A stretch of DNA of 64,000 bases. Source: Gemmatimonadota bacterium (lineage in GTDB: Bacteria > Gemmatimonadota > Gemmatimonadetes > JACCXV01 > JAHWKZ01). The stretch is from contig JBOHRQ010000003.1 in the NCBI GenBank assembly GCA_050732875.1, positions 2,821 to 66,820 on the forward strand, in the 5' to 3' direction. Below, piece after piece: positions 28,729-41,308 of this stretch (its first letter is position 1; every line of letters starts with the position of its first letter). The notes below the pieces were generated by a model. It worked only from the letters and a program-made list of their open reading frames with translations. It ran no database searches and was not told the DNA's origin. Made by a program: the position numbers and the translations under genes.

Positions 28729-29705
28729 GGGGATTCCGGCGATCCCGCGGAGCTCGGCCTTCGGCGGGGCTCCTCGCGCCCAGCGCCCTCCAGGGAGAAG
28801 CCGAACTCGAGCTGCTTGAGACGCCGGAAGGCCTCCATGGCCACGGCAGACTCCCGATCGTCCTCGCTCTCTATCACGCGACGGTAGTAGTTCATGGCGC
28901 CGTCACGATCTCCCGTGCGCTCCTCCAGCCGGGCCATCATCAGCAAAGCTTCGGGAACGAGGTTCGGGGGATCACCCGACCGCAGGATGGTCTGCAGGTA
29001 TCCGGAGGTAGCCTGGTAGTCCTCGTTGGCGAAAGCCCGCTCGGCCAGCCGATAGGAGCACGAGCCCAGCCGGTACCGGATCTCCTCATCGTCGGCACCC
29101 TGCCCCTGGGTCATCTCCCGGAATCGGCTCAGATACTCGATGGCGGCCGGACAGTCCCGCCGCTGCTCGTAGGCGTCCGCCAGACGGGCGTACACTCCGG
29201 GATCGGCTGCCTCGGGAGCGCGTGCCAGCCCCATCAGGTACGCGGCGATCGCCGCCTCGTAATCGGGCCGCGCGAACGCGGCGTCTCCGAGGGCGTAGTA
29301 CAGCGAGCCTAGACTGGCCGTGCTGTCCCGCGCGCGGATTCCGTCGATCGCCCGCAGCATGGCGAAGGTGTCGCCCTGGGCGGACCAGCGACGCGCGTGC
29401 AGGTAGTACAGGGCACGGACCCGGCCGGCGTAATCCGCATCGCCCTCGATCAGGGCGTCGAACATCCGCTCCGCGGCGTTGAAGTCCTTCGAGAGCAGAG
29501 CCAGCTCGGCGGCCTTGAGGCGCAGCTCGGAGGACGCGTTCTCTCCCGCCGCCTCGAGAGCGATCCCGTACTCGACCGCCGCATCGGCGTACTGTCCGCT
29601 CGCGCTGTACCGATCTCCCCGCGTCTCCGAGGCCCCGCCTTCGGCTCCGCAGCCGGTCATCGTCGCAAGGATAGCGGCCGCCAGAAACCGGACCTCAACC
29701 GGCAT
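28725..29705 (-). CDS. TPR-repeat lipoprotein
   Basis: It has a signal peptide with a lipobox (ILATMTGCG) and multiple TPR-like repeats. Confidence 0.5.
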   Translation of the reverse strand: MPVEVRFLAAAILATMTGCGAEGGASETRGDRYSASGQYADAAVEYGIALEAAGENASSELRLKAAELALLSKDFNAAERMFDALIEGDADYAGRVRALYYLHARRWSAQGDTFAMLRAIDGIRARDSTASLGSLYYALGDAAFARPDYEAAIAAYLMGLARAPEAADPGVYARLADAYEQRRDCPAAIEYLSRFREMTQGQGADDEEIRYRLGSCSYRLAERAFANEDYQATSGYLQTILRSGDPPNLVPEALLMMARLEERTGDRDGAMNYYRRVIESEDDRESAVAMEAFRRLKQLEFGFSLEGAGREEPRRRPSSAGSPESP

Positions 29706-30417
29706 CCACGTCTCCTCGGCCCCGTCGGGCGGCGCGCAGGAAAGGATTCATCTCCGGATCGTTGTACATCTTGAACTGGCGGTAGCGCCTGAACCGGCGC
29801 CGCCCGGCCAGCAGCTCCTGCTGGAGCGAGGCCAGGCATCCGGCCAGGTCGGCTCGCTGCTCTTCGAGAACCAGGGTCCGCTCGCGGCAGCGCGCGCGGT
29901 GGTCGGGGTCCGCATCGGGTCGCGTGGCCTCCTCGTGCATGTGATAGATCTTGAGGGCGAGCACGGACAGCCGGTCGACGATCGCCCCGGGCGTCTCGGA
30001 GTGCAGCGGGGCGGCGGGTTCGGGAGTCCCGCGCCTCTCGAGAGCGGCCAGCAGCTGCTCGTCGATCCTTTCCACGAGGTCGTTCCGCCGCTGGTTGAGG
30101 GCATCGATGCGGCGCTTGGTTTCGGCGATCAGCCGATCCGGCGCGTCCGGACGCCGGGCTAGATCTTCCTCGTGCCAGAGCCGGATGTTCACGAGATGCT
30201 CGGCGCCGATCGCCTCCTCCAGAGCTCCAATCGGCGAGACCTCATCCTCCCCCAGCGTGCGCTCGCCTTCCTCCGGGCTCGCATGCCAGGCACGAACACC
30301 TTCGTCGTGCCAGCACAGCAGCCGTCTTACGGCAAGCGGATCATCGCCGCTCGCCGCGGTTTCTTCTACCCCGGTCGGCGCCCCGCGTTGCACCTTCCCG
30401 GCCTCCTCCCGCTTCAC
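29695..30417 (-). CDS. Conserved hypothetical protein, possibly of the DUF4254 type, with a coiled-coil.
   Basis: The GTG start overlaps the gmd stop as GTGA. Motifs include [28 protein letters not shown] and [10 protein letters not shown] recognise no enzyme motif. Confidence 0.5.
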   Translation of the reverse strand: MKREEAGKVQRGAPTGVEETAASGDDPLAVRRLLCWHDEGVRAWHASPEEGERTLGEDEVSPIGALEEAIGAEHLVNIRLWHEEDLARRPDAPDRLIAETKRRIDALNQRRNDLVERIDEQLLAALERRGTPEPAAPLHSETPGAIVDRLSVLALKIYHMHEEATRPDADPDHRARCRERTLVLEEQRADLAGCLASLQQELLAGRRRFRRYRQFKMYNDPEMNPFLRAARRGRGDVDAG

Positions 30418-31403
30418 GACTCCGCCCGCTCGGCCGGGCACTCGGACTCGCGGAGGCGCGCCACATCGGCATCCACCATCATCTGGATCAGCTGGTGGAA
30501 TTCCAAGCTGGGGGCCCATCCCAGCTCCGACCGGGCGCGGCTCGCATCCGCCCTCAGGTGATCCACCTCGGCGGGCCGGAGCCGGCTCCGATCGACCACC
30601 ACGTGCTTGCGCCAGTCCAAGCCCACGTGCTGGAAGGCGACCTCGCACACATCGCGGACCGAATGCGTGATGCCCGTGCCCACCACATAGTCCCTCGGCT
30701 CGTCGGCCTGAAGCATGCTCCACATCGCCGCTACGTAGTCCGCCGCGTAGCCCCAGTCGCGCTCGGCGTCCAGATTGCCGATCGGCAGCTTGTCGGTCAG
30801 TCCCAAGGCGACCCGCGCCGCTCCGTGGCTGACGTGACGGGTCACGAACTCGAGGCCGCGGCGCGGGGATTCGTGGTTGAAGAGGATCCCGCTCACCGCG
30901 AACAGGTCGTACGACTCACGGTAATTCACGGTGATGAAGTGGCCGTAGACCTTGGCCACTCCGTACGGGCTACGCGGATGAAACGGCGTCGACTCGTTCT
31001 GGGGCGAGCGCCTGACCTTCCCGAACATCTCGCTGGAGGAAGCCTGGTAGAAACGAACCTCCGGGTCCACCTGGCGGATCGCCTCCAGCACGCGCGTCAC
31101 GCCGAGGGCCGTGAACTCGCCCGTCAGCAGCGGCTGGGACCATGAGGTCGGAACGAAGGACTGCGCCGCGAGGTTGTAGATCTCCTGCGGGCGGACCTCC
31201 GCGAACACGTTGATGAGGGAGAGCTGATCGAGCAGGTCGGCCTGATGCAGCGTGACCCGGTCTTTGATGTGCGCTATCCTGTCGTACTTCTCCGTCGACG
31301 AGCGCCGCACGACGCCGTGGACCTCGTAGTTCTGCTCGAGCAGGAGCTCCGCCAGATACGATCCGTCCTGCCCGGTGATGCCGGTGATCAGGGCGCGCTT
31401 CAA
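30414..31403 (-). CDS. gmd: GDP-mannose 4,6-dehydratase
   Basis: The Rossmann N-terminus ([19 protein letters not shown]) and the Gmd-specific motifs are present. Confidence 0.9.
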   Translation of the reverse strand: MKRALITGITGQDGSYLAELLLEQNYEVHGVVRRSSTEKYDRIAHIKDRVTLHQADLLDQLSLINVFAEVRPQEIYNLAAQSFVPTSWSQPLLTGEFTALGVTRVLEAIRQVDPEVRFYQASSSEMFGKVRRSPQNESTPFHPRSPYGVAKVYGHFITVNYRESYDLFAVSGILFNHESPRRGLEFVTRHVSHGAARVALGLTDKLPIGNLDAERDWGYAADYVAAMWSMLQADEPRDYVVGTGITHSVRDVCEVAFQHVGLDWRKHVVVDRSRLRPAEVDHLRADASRARSELGWAPSLEFHQLIQMMVDADVARLRESECPAERAES

Positions 31404-32029
31404 CGTTCTTCCTCCCCAACCAGCAGCAACCGCACGCGGCTGGCGATCATGTCGATGGCGATCTCGTTCTCTCCCCCTTCGGGGATGATCACGTCAGCAA
31501 ACCTCTTGGACGGCTCCACGAACTCGTCGTGCATGGGGCGAACCGTGCGAAGATACTGCTCACCCACCGACTCGAAGGTCCTGCCGCGCTCACGGATGTC
31601 ACGCTGGATCCGGCGCAGCAGACGGATGTCGGGAGGTGTGTCCACGTAGATTTTCACGTCGAGAAGATCGCGCACGTCCGGGAAATGAAACAGCAGAATG
31701 CCCTCCGCGAGGATTACCTCTCGCGGCTCGATGCGGGACGTCTCCGCCGTCCGCACATGCCGTGAGAAGTCGTAGACCGGCCGCTCCACCGGCCGGCCCT
31801 CCTTCAGGGCCCGCAAGTGGGCCGTGAACAGCTCGATCTCGATCGAGTTCGGGTGGTCGAAGTTCCGGGTTGCCCGCTGCGCCGGGGCCAGATCCACGAG
31901 GTTCCGGTAGTAGGCGTCCTGCTGGAGGACGGTGATCGAATCTAGTGCCAGACGATGGAGCAGATTACGGGCGACAGTCGTCTTCCCGGAGCCCGTGCCG
32001 CCCGCGAGGCCGATCACGAACCGGGTCAC
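31400..32029 (-). CDS. udk: Uridine kinase
   Basis: It has the P-loop [13 protein letters not shown] and is Udk-like throughout. Confidence 0.85.
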   Translation of the reverse strand: MTRFVIGLAGGTGSGKTTVARNLLHRLALDSITVLQQDAYYRNLVDLAPAQRATRNFDHPNSIEIELFTAHLRALKEGRPVERPVYDFSRHVRTAETSRIEPREVILAEGILLFHFPDVRDLLDVKIYVDTPPDIRLLRRIQRDIRERGRTFESVGEQYLRTVRPMHDEFVEPSKRFADVIIPEGGENEIAIDMIASRVRLLLVGEEER

Positions 32030-32042
32030 GACGAGGCGCCGA

Positions 32043-32974
<932 letters not shown>

Positions 32975-32978
<4 letters not shown>

Positions 32979-34333
32979 CCGATCCCCGGAGCGACTCGCA
33001 CCGCCTCGCCATCCGCTGCCCGTGGCGCACGTCCGGGACGGCCGATGGAATGGTATTCGAAGCCGAACTCGGTCATCACCCCCGGATCGTACACGTTCCG
33101 GCCATCGAAGACGATCGCCCGGCCCAGCCCCCGTTTCATGCGCTCGAAATCCGGGAACCGGAACTCGTTCCACTCGGTTACGACGATCAGGCCGTCGGCC
33201 GCATCCAGGGCCTCGTAGGCCTCGGCGGCGTATTCGATCCGATCGCCGAGCACGCCCCGGATGTTCTCCATGGCCTTGGGATCGAAAGCCCGGATCGCCG
33301 CTCCCCGCTCCAGAAGCTCGTCTATGATCACCAGCGACGGCGCCTCGCGGATATCATCCGTCTTGGGCTTGAAGGCGAGCCCCCAGACCGCGAACCGGTG
33401 GCCGCGCAAGTCTTCCCCGAACCGCCCGACGATCCGCTCCACTAGGAGCCGCTTCTGGATCTCGTTGACCCTGTGCACGGCCCGGATGATATCGAAATCG
33501 TAGGCCACCTCATCGGCCAGCCGCTCGAGAGCCTGGACGTCCTTGGGGAAGCACGATCCGCCGAATCCGACACCGGGGAAGAGGAACGAGCTTCCGATCC
33601 GCCGGTCGCTTCCGATGCCGGCCCGCACCGCGTCGACGTCGGCTCCGACGCGATCGCACAGGTTGGCGATCTCGTTCATGAAGGTGATTCGCGTCGCCAG
33701 CATCGCATTGGCGGCGTATTTGGTCATCTCGGCGGATCGGGTGTCCATGAAGAGAACCGGGTTCCCGGTCCTCAGGAACGGGCTGTAGATCGCCCTCAGG
33801 ACCTCGCGACCCTCGTCGTCGTCGGCACCCACGACGATGCGGTCGGGCTTCATGAAGTCGTCGACCGCGGTCCCCTCCTTGAGGAACTCCGGGTTGGACA
33901 CCACGATGCAGGGATGGTCGGTCGCCTCGGCGAGGACCGCCCGGACCCGGTCGGCCGACCCCACGGGAACGGTGCTCTTGTTGACCACGATTCTGGGACC
34001 GTCGGCGTGCCGGCCGATCGTCCTGGCGACCTCCAGGACATAGCGCAGGTCCGCAGATCCGTCCTCGCCCGGCGGCGTGCCGACGGCGATGAAGAGGACG
34101 CGGCTTTCCCGTACCGTCTCGGCTGGATCGGTCGTGAAGCAGAGCCGGCCCTCCTGCATGTTGCTGCGGACGATCTCCTCCAGCCCCGGCTCGTAGATCG
34201 GGACCACGCCCCGGCGCAGCCGCTCCACGCGGTCGGGGTCGATGTCGCAGCAGATGACGTCGTGGCCCATCTCGGCCAGACACGTCGCCGTCACCAGCCC
34301 CACGTACCCCGCCCCGAAGACCCCCAGATTCAA
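32975..34333 (-). CDS. ugd: UDP-glucose 6-dehydrogenase
   Basis: It has the N-terminal motif [20 protein letters not shown] and the catalytic-Cys motif [11 protein letters not shown]. There is no intein here, which contrasts with the gene at 41309-44083. Confidence 0.9.
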
Positions 34334-35790
34334 GCTTCGCCCCCCTGCCCGTCGGCGATCCGCCCGATGATTCCGGTCGTGGACTTGCCTTCCACGAGCT
34401 CGATCAGCTCGACCCTCCCGCCGCGGGCGCGGACGATGTCGGCTCCGACCACCTCATGGGGCTCGTAATCGGCCCCCTTGGTCAGGATGTCCGGCTGGAT
34501 GGTCTCGATCAGCCCGAGCGGCGTGTCCTCGTCGAAGATCACGACGTAGTCGACGAACGACAGGGCCGAGAGGATCTCCGCACGCTCCTTCTGATCCAGG
34601 ATCGGACGATTCGCGCCCTTGAGCCTTCGCACCGAGGCATCGCTGTTCACGCCCACCACCAGGCAATCGCCCAGCGCCCGCGAGGACTTCAGGTACCGGA
34701 TGTGTCCGGCGTGCAGGAGGTCGAAGCAGCCGTTGGTGAAGACCACCGTCTCACCGCGCCGCCGGTGCTCGGCGGCCGCAAACCCGGCGGTGGCCGCGTC
34801 CACGCTTTTTTCCATATGGGGCAGCTCGCGCGCGAGCTCCGACTCGATCTCGGTCCAGGTCACGGTCGCGGTTCCGACCTTTCTCACTTTGATTCCCGCC
34901 GCCACGTTCGCCATCCGCGCGGCGAGATCCGCAGGATGCCCGTCGGCCAGCATGGCGGTGAAGGCGGCCGCGAACGTGTCGCCTGCCCCGGTCACGTCGA
35001 AGACCTCGCGGGCGCGCGCGCCGTGATCCCGCGGAGGGCCACCCGAATAGAGCCTCATGCCGCGCTCCGAGCGCGTCAGCACGAGCGCTTGAAGGTCCAG
35101 TCTCCGGCGCAGCGACTCGGCCAGCGCGTCGTCCCAGGGTTCTCCGGCGAGCTCGCTCAGCTCGCTCTCGTTCGGGACGAGAAAGTCGACCCCACGATAG
35201 CGCTCCGGGTCGCTCCCCTTCGGATCGGCCACGACCGGACGGTCCCCGGCCCGTTCCGACAGCCGCCTCACCCCTTCGGCCGAGACGGTCCCCTTGCGGT
35301 AGTCGCTCACGATCGCCGCGTCGCAGCCCGGAGCGAGCCGATCGATTACCTCCAGCAGCTCCCGCCGGGCTCGCCCGGACGCACCCTCCGGATCCTCGTA
35401 ATCGATCCGGACCAGGGCATGCTGACCGGCATGGACCCGCAGCTTGTGCGGAGTGGGCCGCCGAGGCTCGACCACGAGCCCCTCGTCCGTGAACCCCTCG
35501 GCCACGAGCTTTGCCCGGCACTCGCGGCCGCTCTCGTCGTCGCCCACCAGCGAGATCAGGACCGGCTCGCATCCGAGGGCCGCCAGGTTGCGGGCGACAT
35601 TCCCGGCGCCTCCCGGGTAGAGGTCCCGCCGCTCGAACGTCACCACGGGGACCGGCTTCTCCGGGCTCAGCCGATCCGCCCGCCCGAACAGATACTCATC
35701 GAGCATGAGATCCCCGAAAACGACGATGCGACCGCCGCGAAACCCGCGCACGGCCGCGCGCAGCTCTTCAATGGAGGAAGCCCCCGGCAT
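34330..35790 (-). CDS. hldE: Bifunctional D-beta-D-heptose 7-phosphate kinase / D-beta-D-heptose 1-phosphate adenylyltransferase
   Basis: An N-terminal PfkB-type kinase domain is followed by a C-terminal cytidylyltransferase domain (NGCFDLLHAGHIRYL). Confidence 0.9.
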   Translation of the reverse strand: MPGASSIEELRAAVRGFRGGRIVVFGDLMLDEYLFGRADRLSPEKPVPVVTFERRDLYPGGAGNVARNLAALGCEPVLISLVGDDESGRECRAKLVAEGFTDEGLVVEPRRPTPHKLRVHAGQHALVRIDYEDPEGASGRARRELLEVIDRLAPGCDAAIVSDYRKGTVSAEGVRRLSERAGDRPVVADPKGSDPERYRGVDFLVPNESELSELAGEPWDDALAESLRRRLDLQALVLTRSERGMRLYSGGPPRDHGARAREVFDVTGAGDTFAAAFTAMLADGHPADLAARMANVAAGIKVRKVGTATVTWTEIESELARELPHMEKSVDAATAGFAAAEHRRRGETVVFTNGCFDLLHAGHIRYLKSSRALGDCLVVGVNSDASVRRLKGANRPILDQKERAEILSALSFVDYVVIFDEDTPLGLIETIQPDILTKGADYEPHEVVGADIVRARGGRVELIELVEGKSTTGIIGRIADGQGGEA

Positions 35791-35905
35791 AAGAATCGGG
35801 CTAAGCTATCCTCCGCGCCCGAGCGCTTCAAGACCTTGCCGCCGCTGCATTTGAGCGAAAGCCGTTTGCCCCGTCCAGTGGCCCCATCTAGGTTGGCGCC
35901 AGCCC

Positions 35906-36544
35906 ATGTCGACCCGCGAGGCACTACAGCCTGACCACGCAGCCGACCCTCTGGTCGTGCTCAGCGAGCAGGCGCGGGCCCGGATCCGGGTCGCGCTAGG
36001 CGCGGCCGCCCCTCCCCGGCGCCATCTCCGGGTCCGGGTCACATCGCACGACGGCGGATTCGAGTACCAGCTCCAGGGTCTGAACGAGGAACAGATCCAG
36101 GCCAGTGACATCCGGCTCGAGGAGGAGGGCTTCACGCTCGTGGTCGACGCGGACAGCGCCAACCGGCTTCGAGGCACCCGGATCGATTACCGCGAGACGC
36201 TCGTTGAGAGGGGCTTCCACTTCGACAACCCCAACACCTCCCCGGGGCCGGCGCTCCCCCGTGGCGACCGCCCCGACCTCCAGGGCCCGTTGCCGGACCG
36301 CGTCCGGATGCTCCTCGATTCCGAGATCAACCCGGCGATCGCCGCCCACGGGGGGCACGTCCGCCTGGTGGACGTGCGGGACGATCGCGTCTTTCTGGCC
36401 TTCGGGGGCGGCTGCCACGGCTGCGGCATGGTGGACGTGACCCTCAAGCAGGGCATCGAGCGGCGGATCCGGGAGGCGGTCCCCGAGGTCGCCGAGGTGA
36501 TCGACACGACCGACCACTCGACCGGGGAGAGCCCGTACTTCTAG
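35906..36544 (+). CDS. Fe-S cluster biogenesis protein, NfuA-like: an A-type-carrier-like N-domain fused to an Nfu domain.
   Basis: The C-terminal Nfu motif GGGCHGCGM is present and the N-terminal domain is HesB/IscA-like. It is a plus-strand gene, divergent from hldE. Confidence 0.7.
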   Translation: MSTREALQPDHAADPLVVLSEQARARIRVALGAAAPPRRHLRVRVTSHDGGFEYQLQGLNEEQIQASDIRLEEEGFTLVVDADSANRLRGTRIDYRETLVERGFHFDNPNTSPGPALPRGDRPDLQGPLPDRVRMLLDSEINPAIAAHGGHVRLVDVRDDRVFLAFGGGCHGCGMVDVTLKQGIERRIREAVPEVAEVIDTTDHSTGESPYF

Positions 36545-36585
36545 CCCCCGCGGGCTCGGCTCGCTGCGTGGTAGCTTCCCACACG

Positions 36586-36620
36586 AAAAAACGGGCGACC
36601 TGCGTGGTCGCCCGTTTTTC
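36586..36620. terminator. Bidirectional intrinsic terminator between the convergent nfuA-like gene and the radical SAM gene.
   Basis: The sequence is AAAAAACGGGCGACC-TGCGT-GGTCGCCCGTTTTT: a perfect 10-bp GC-rich stem flanked by an A-run and a T-run. Confidence 0.8.
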
Positions 36621-36664
36621 ATTGGGAGCAGAGGGTTTCCGCTCGGAAACGAGCCCGGTCTGCC

Positions 36665-38848
<2,184 letters not shown>

Positions 38849-38945
38849 TCGTTCCTCCTTCGGCGAGAAGGGTCAGGAACTCAAGAATCCACCGGGATAG
38901 TAGCGGGTTCCAACAACGCTGTAAAGCGATCGGTTCGGAGCGCCT

Positions 38946-40127
38946 TTATCCCGTTCGGGCCTGCTCTCCACCACTCTGCCAGAGCAGGCTCGGCAGGCTG
39001 TTCAGGAAGCCGCGGGGAGTGTACAGGACCTCCACCTCCCCTCGGCAGGAATACCAGCACGCGGTACAGGTGTTCGTTGCGTGCGCGTGGCGCAGCCCCG
39101 CCAGGACCTGCTCCATGGAATCGGTGCGCAGGTTGCCGACCGGTTCGCTGGCGTTGAATTCGACGCACTTGGAGACGACCATCTGGTTGTCGATGTTGAA
39201 CATGGCCTTCCCGGCGATGCAGCCGCCGATCCCGTCATTCGCGGCCTCGTCGAACTTTTCCAGGTACACCCGGTTCGAGTGGACGGTCCCGGGATAGAGC
39301 TCCTTGAGGCCGAGCAGCATCTCCGAAGCGCCCGCCAGGTGCCGCTGGTCCTCGTTGCCCGTCTTCATGACCGAGTAGGGCTGCACCTGCCAGTAGACGC
39401 CCAGATCGCGGGCCAGCCGGCACAGGGCGGGCATCTCCTGGAGGTTATCGTCGGTCAGCACCGAGATGATCTGCACCCGCTGGTACGAGGTGTCGGTCCG
39501 GGCATCCATGAGCTGTTCGATCGCCTTCACCGCGCGCTCGAACGCGAACCTCACGCCACGGTGACGGGAGTGCTTCTCCGGGTCGGCGTAATCGATCGAG
39601 ATCGAGCATCCCCACAGACCGGCCTGCCACAGCTCCCGGGCCCGTCTGGGCGTCATCCCCGAGCCCGACGAGGTGAGGTACGGGAAGTGGTCCTGGGCCA
39701 GGATGCCCACGATGCGGTGGATGTCGCGCCGCAACATCGGCTCCCCGCCGGCCAGGGAGACGATCAGCGAACCCATCTCGGAGAGCTTCCGCGAGCCGGT
39801 CACGAAGTCCTCGAGCGAGTTCTCCTCCTCGGGTTTGAAGTCGTTCTGCCAGTAGGTGCAGAACGAGCAGCCGTAGTTGCAGTTGTAGGTCACCTGCCAG
39901 GTCACCCAGACGGGACGGCCGGTGAGGTACGCTTTCAGGAGCCGCCCCTTCTTCGACCACGTTCCGCGTGGCGCCAGCGCCAGGTAGTCGTCCACCCGGA
40001 CCGGGGGACCGATCGGCAGCTCGATCACCTCGCCTCGCGAACGGCCGCGCTCCGAGCCCGGAACCAGGGACTCATCGGTGGAATTGTGTCCGCTTAGCAG
40101 GGATTCGAGCGGGATGGGCCTGGTCAT
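38946..40127 (-). CDS. Radical SAM enzyme with a SPASM/twitch-like C-terminal domain.
   Basis: The CX3CX2C motif is CNYGCSFC, followed by SLAGGEPM. C-terminal Cys-rich motifs are present (GGCIAGK...SKC...NTCTACWYSC). The true start may lie further in-frame. Confidence 0.8.
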   Translation of the reverse strand: MTRPIPLESLLSGHNSTDESLVPGSERGRSRGEVIELPIGPPVRVDDYLALAPRGTWSKKGRLLKAYLTGRPVWVTWQVTYNCNYGCSFCTYWQNDFKPEEENSLEDFVTGSRKLSEMGSLIVSLAGGEPMLRRDIHRIVGILAQDHFPYLTSSGSGMTPRRARELWQAGLWGCSISIDYADPEKHSRHRGVRFAFERAVKAIEQLMDARTDTSYQRVQIISVLTDDNLQEMPALCRLARDLGVYWQVQPYSVMKTGNEDQRHLAGASEMLLGLKELYPGTVHSNRVYLEKFDEAANDGIGGCIAGKAMFNIDNQMVVSKCVEFNASEPVGNLRTDSMEQVLAGLRHAHATNTCTACWYSCRGEVEVLYTPRGFLNSLPSLLWQSGGEQARTG

Positions 40128-40209
40128 ATCGCTCGCTGGGCTGGAGGTGAGGAAGATCCGTCTTCCGCACAGATGTCGGCGGTAGTCTAACCGGCCCCTT
40201 TTCCCGGTG

Positions 40210-41259
40210 TCAAACTCCGGTCGAGCCTGCCCGGACGGCCTCGAGGAACCACGCCACCGTCTCGTCCAGGCCCCTGTCCAGATCGTGGGTCGGGCGATAG
40301 TCGAGGAGCTGGGCCGCCCGCGAGATGTCGGCCTCGGAGTGGGGCACGTCCCCGGGACGGGAGGCAGCGTGCTCCGGCTTCCGGTCCTCGGCCCCCGGGA
40401 CGGCCCGCGCCACACGCCTCCGGATCTTCTCGAACAGCTCGCCCAGGCTCGTCCGCCTTCCGACCGCCACGTTGATGACGGATCCGACCGCGCCGGGCTC
40501 CCGGGTCAGCGCGGCCAGCAGGTTGGCCTGGACGGCATTGGCCACGTAGCAGAAATCCCGGCTGGACTGCCCATCGCCAAAGATGACGACGGGACGGTCC
40601 TGAAGAAAGGCGTCGATCCAGCGCGGCACCACGGCCGCGTAGGGTCCATCCGGTCGCTGCCGCGGACCGAAGACGTTGAAGTAGCGCAAACCTACGACCT
40701 CGAGCCCATAGGAGCGGGCGTGGGCGGCCGCGGCCAGCTCTCCCGCCACCTTGCTGGCCGCGTAGGGCGAGAGCGGGCGCCCGCGGCGATCCTCCACCTT
40801 GGGCAGCCCCGGATCGTCGCCGTAGACGGAGCTGCTCGACGCGTAGACCACGCGCGGACGGCCTCCGCGGCGCGCCGCCTCCAGTACGTTCACCGTCCCC
40901 AGCACGTTGACCGAATGGGTCTCGAGCGGATTCTCCATGGATCGGGGAACCGAGCCGAGCGCAGCCTGGTGGAGAATGACGTCCACGTCGCGAGCGGCCT
41001 CGCGGGTCGCGTCGAGGGAGCGGATGTCCGCGTGATGGAAGTGGAAGCCTCCCCATCGCTCCTCCCCGACCCGCGCCCGCACGTCCTCGAGGTTGGCCGG
41101 CGAGCCGGTGGACAGGTCGTCCAGCCCCACCACCTCCTGATTGAGCGCCAGGAGGGCCTCCAGAAGGTGCGAGCCGATGAAGCCCGCGACGCCGGTCACG
41201 AGCCAGCGGCGGGGGAGACGCCCCAGTTCGTCGAGCAGGTTCGCTGGAAGGGTTCGCAT
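40210..41259 (-). CDS. NAD-dependent nucleotide-sugar epimerase, resembling WbpP / UDP-GlcNAc 4-epimerase.
   Basis: It has the N-terminal motif WLVTGVAGFIGSHL, the catalytic YAASK, and overall extended-SDR epimerase similarity. Confidence 0.8.
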   Translation of the reverse strand: MRTLPANLLDELGRLPRRWLVTGVAGFIGSHLLEALLALNQEVVGLDDLSTGSPANLEDVRARVGEERWGGFHFHHADIRSLDATREAARDVDVILHQAALGSVPRSMENPLETHSVNVLGTVNVLEAARRGGRPRVVYASSSSVYGDDPGLPKVEDRRGRPLSPYAASKVAGELAAAAHARSYGLEVVGLRYFNVFGPRQRPDGPYAAVVPRWIDAFLQDRPVVIFGDGQSSRDFCYVANAVQANLLAALTREPGAVGSVINVAVGRRTSLGELFEKIRRRVARAVPGAEDRKPEHAASRPGDVPHSEADISRAAQLLDYRPTHDLDRGLDETVAWFLEAVRAGSTGV

Positions 41260-41308
41260 GGCGCTCGGCTCCCCGCCGGACTCATGGCTCGGGACTCGTG
41301 GATCCACG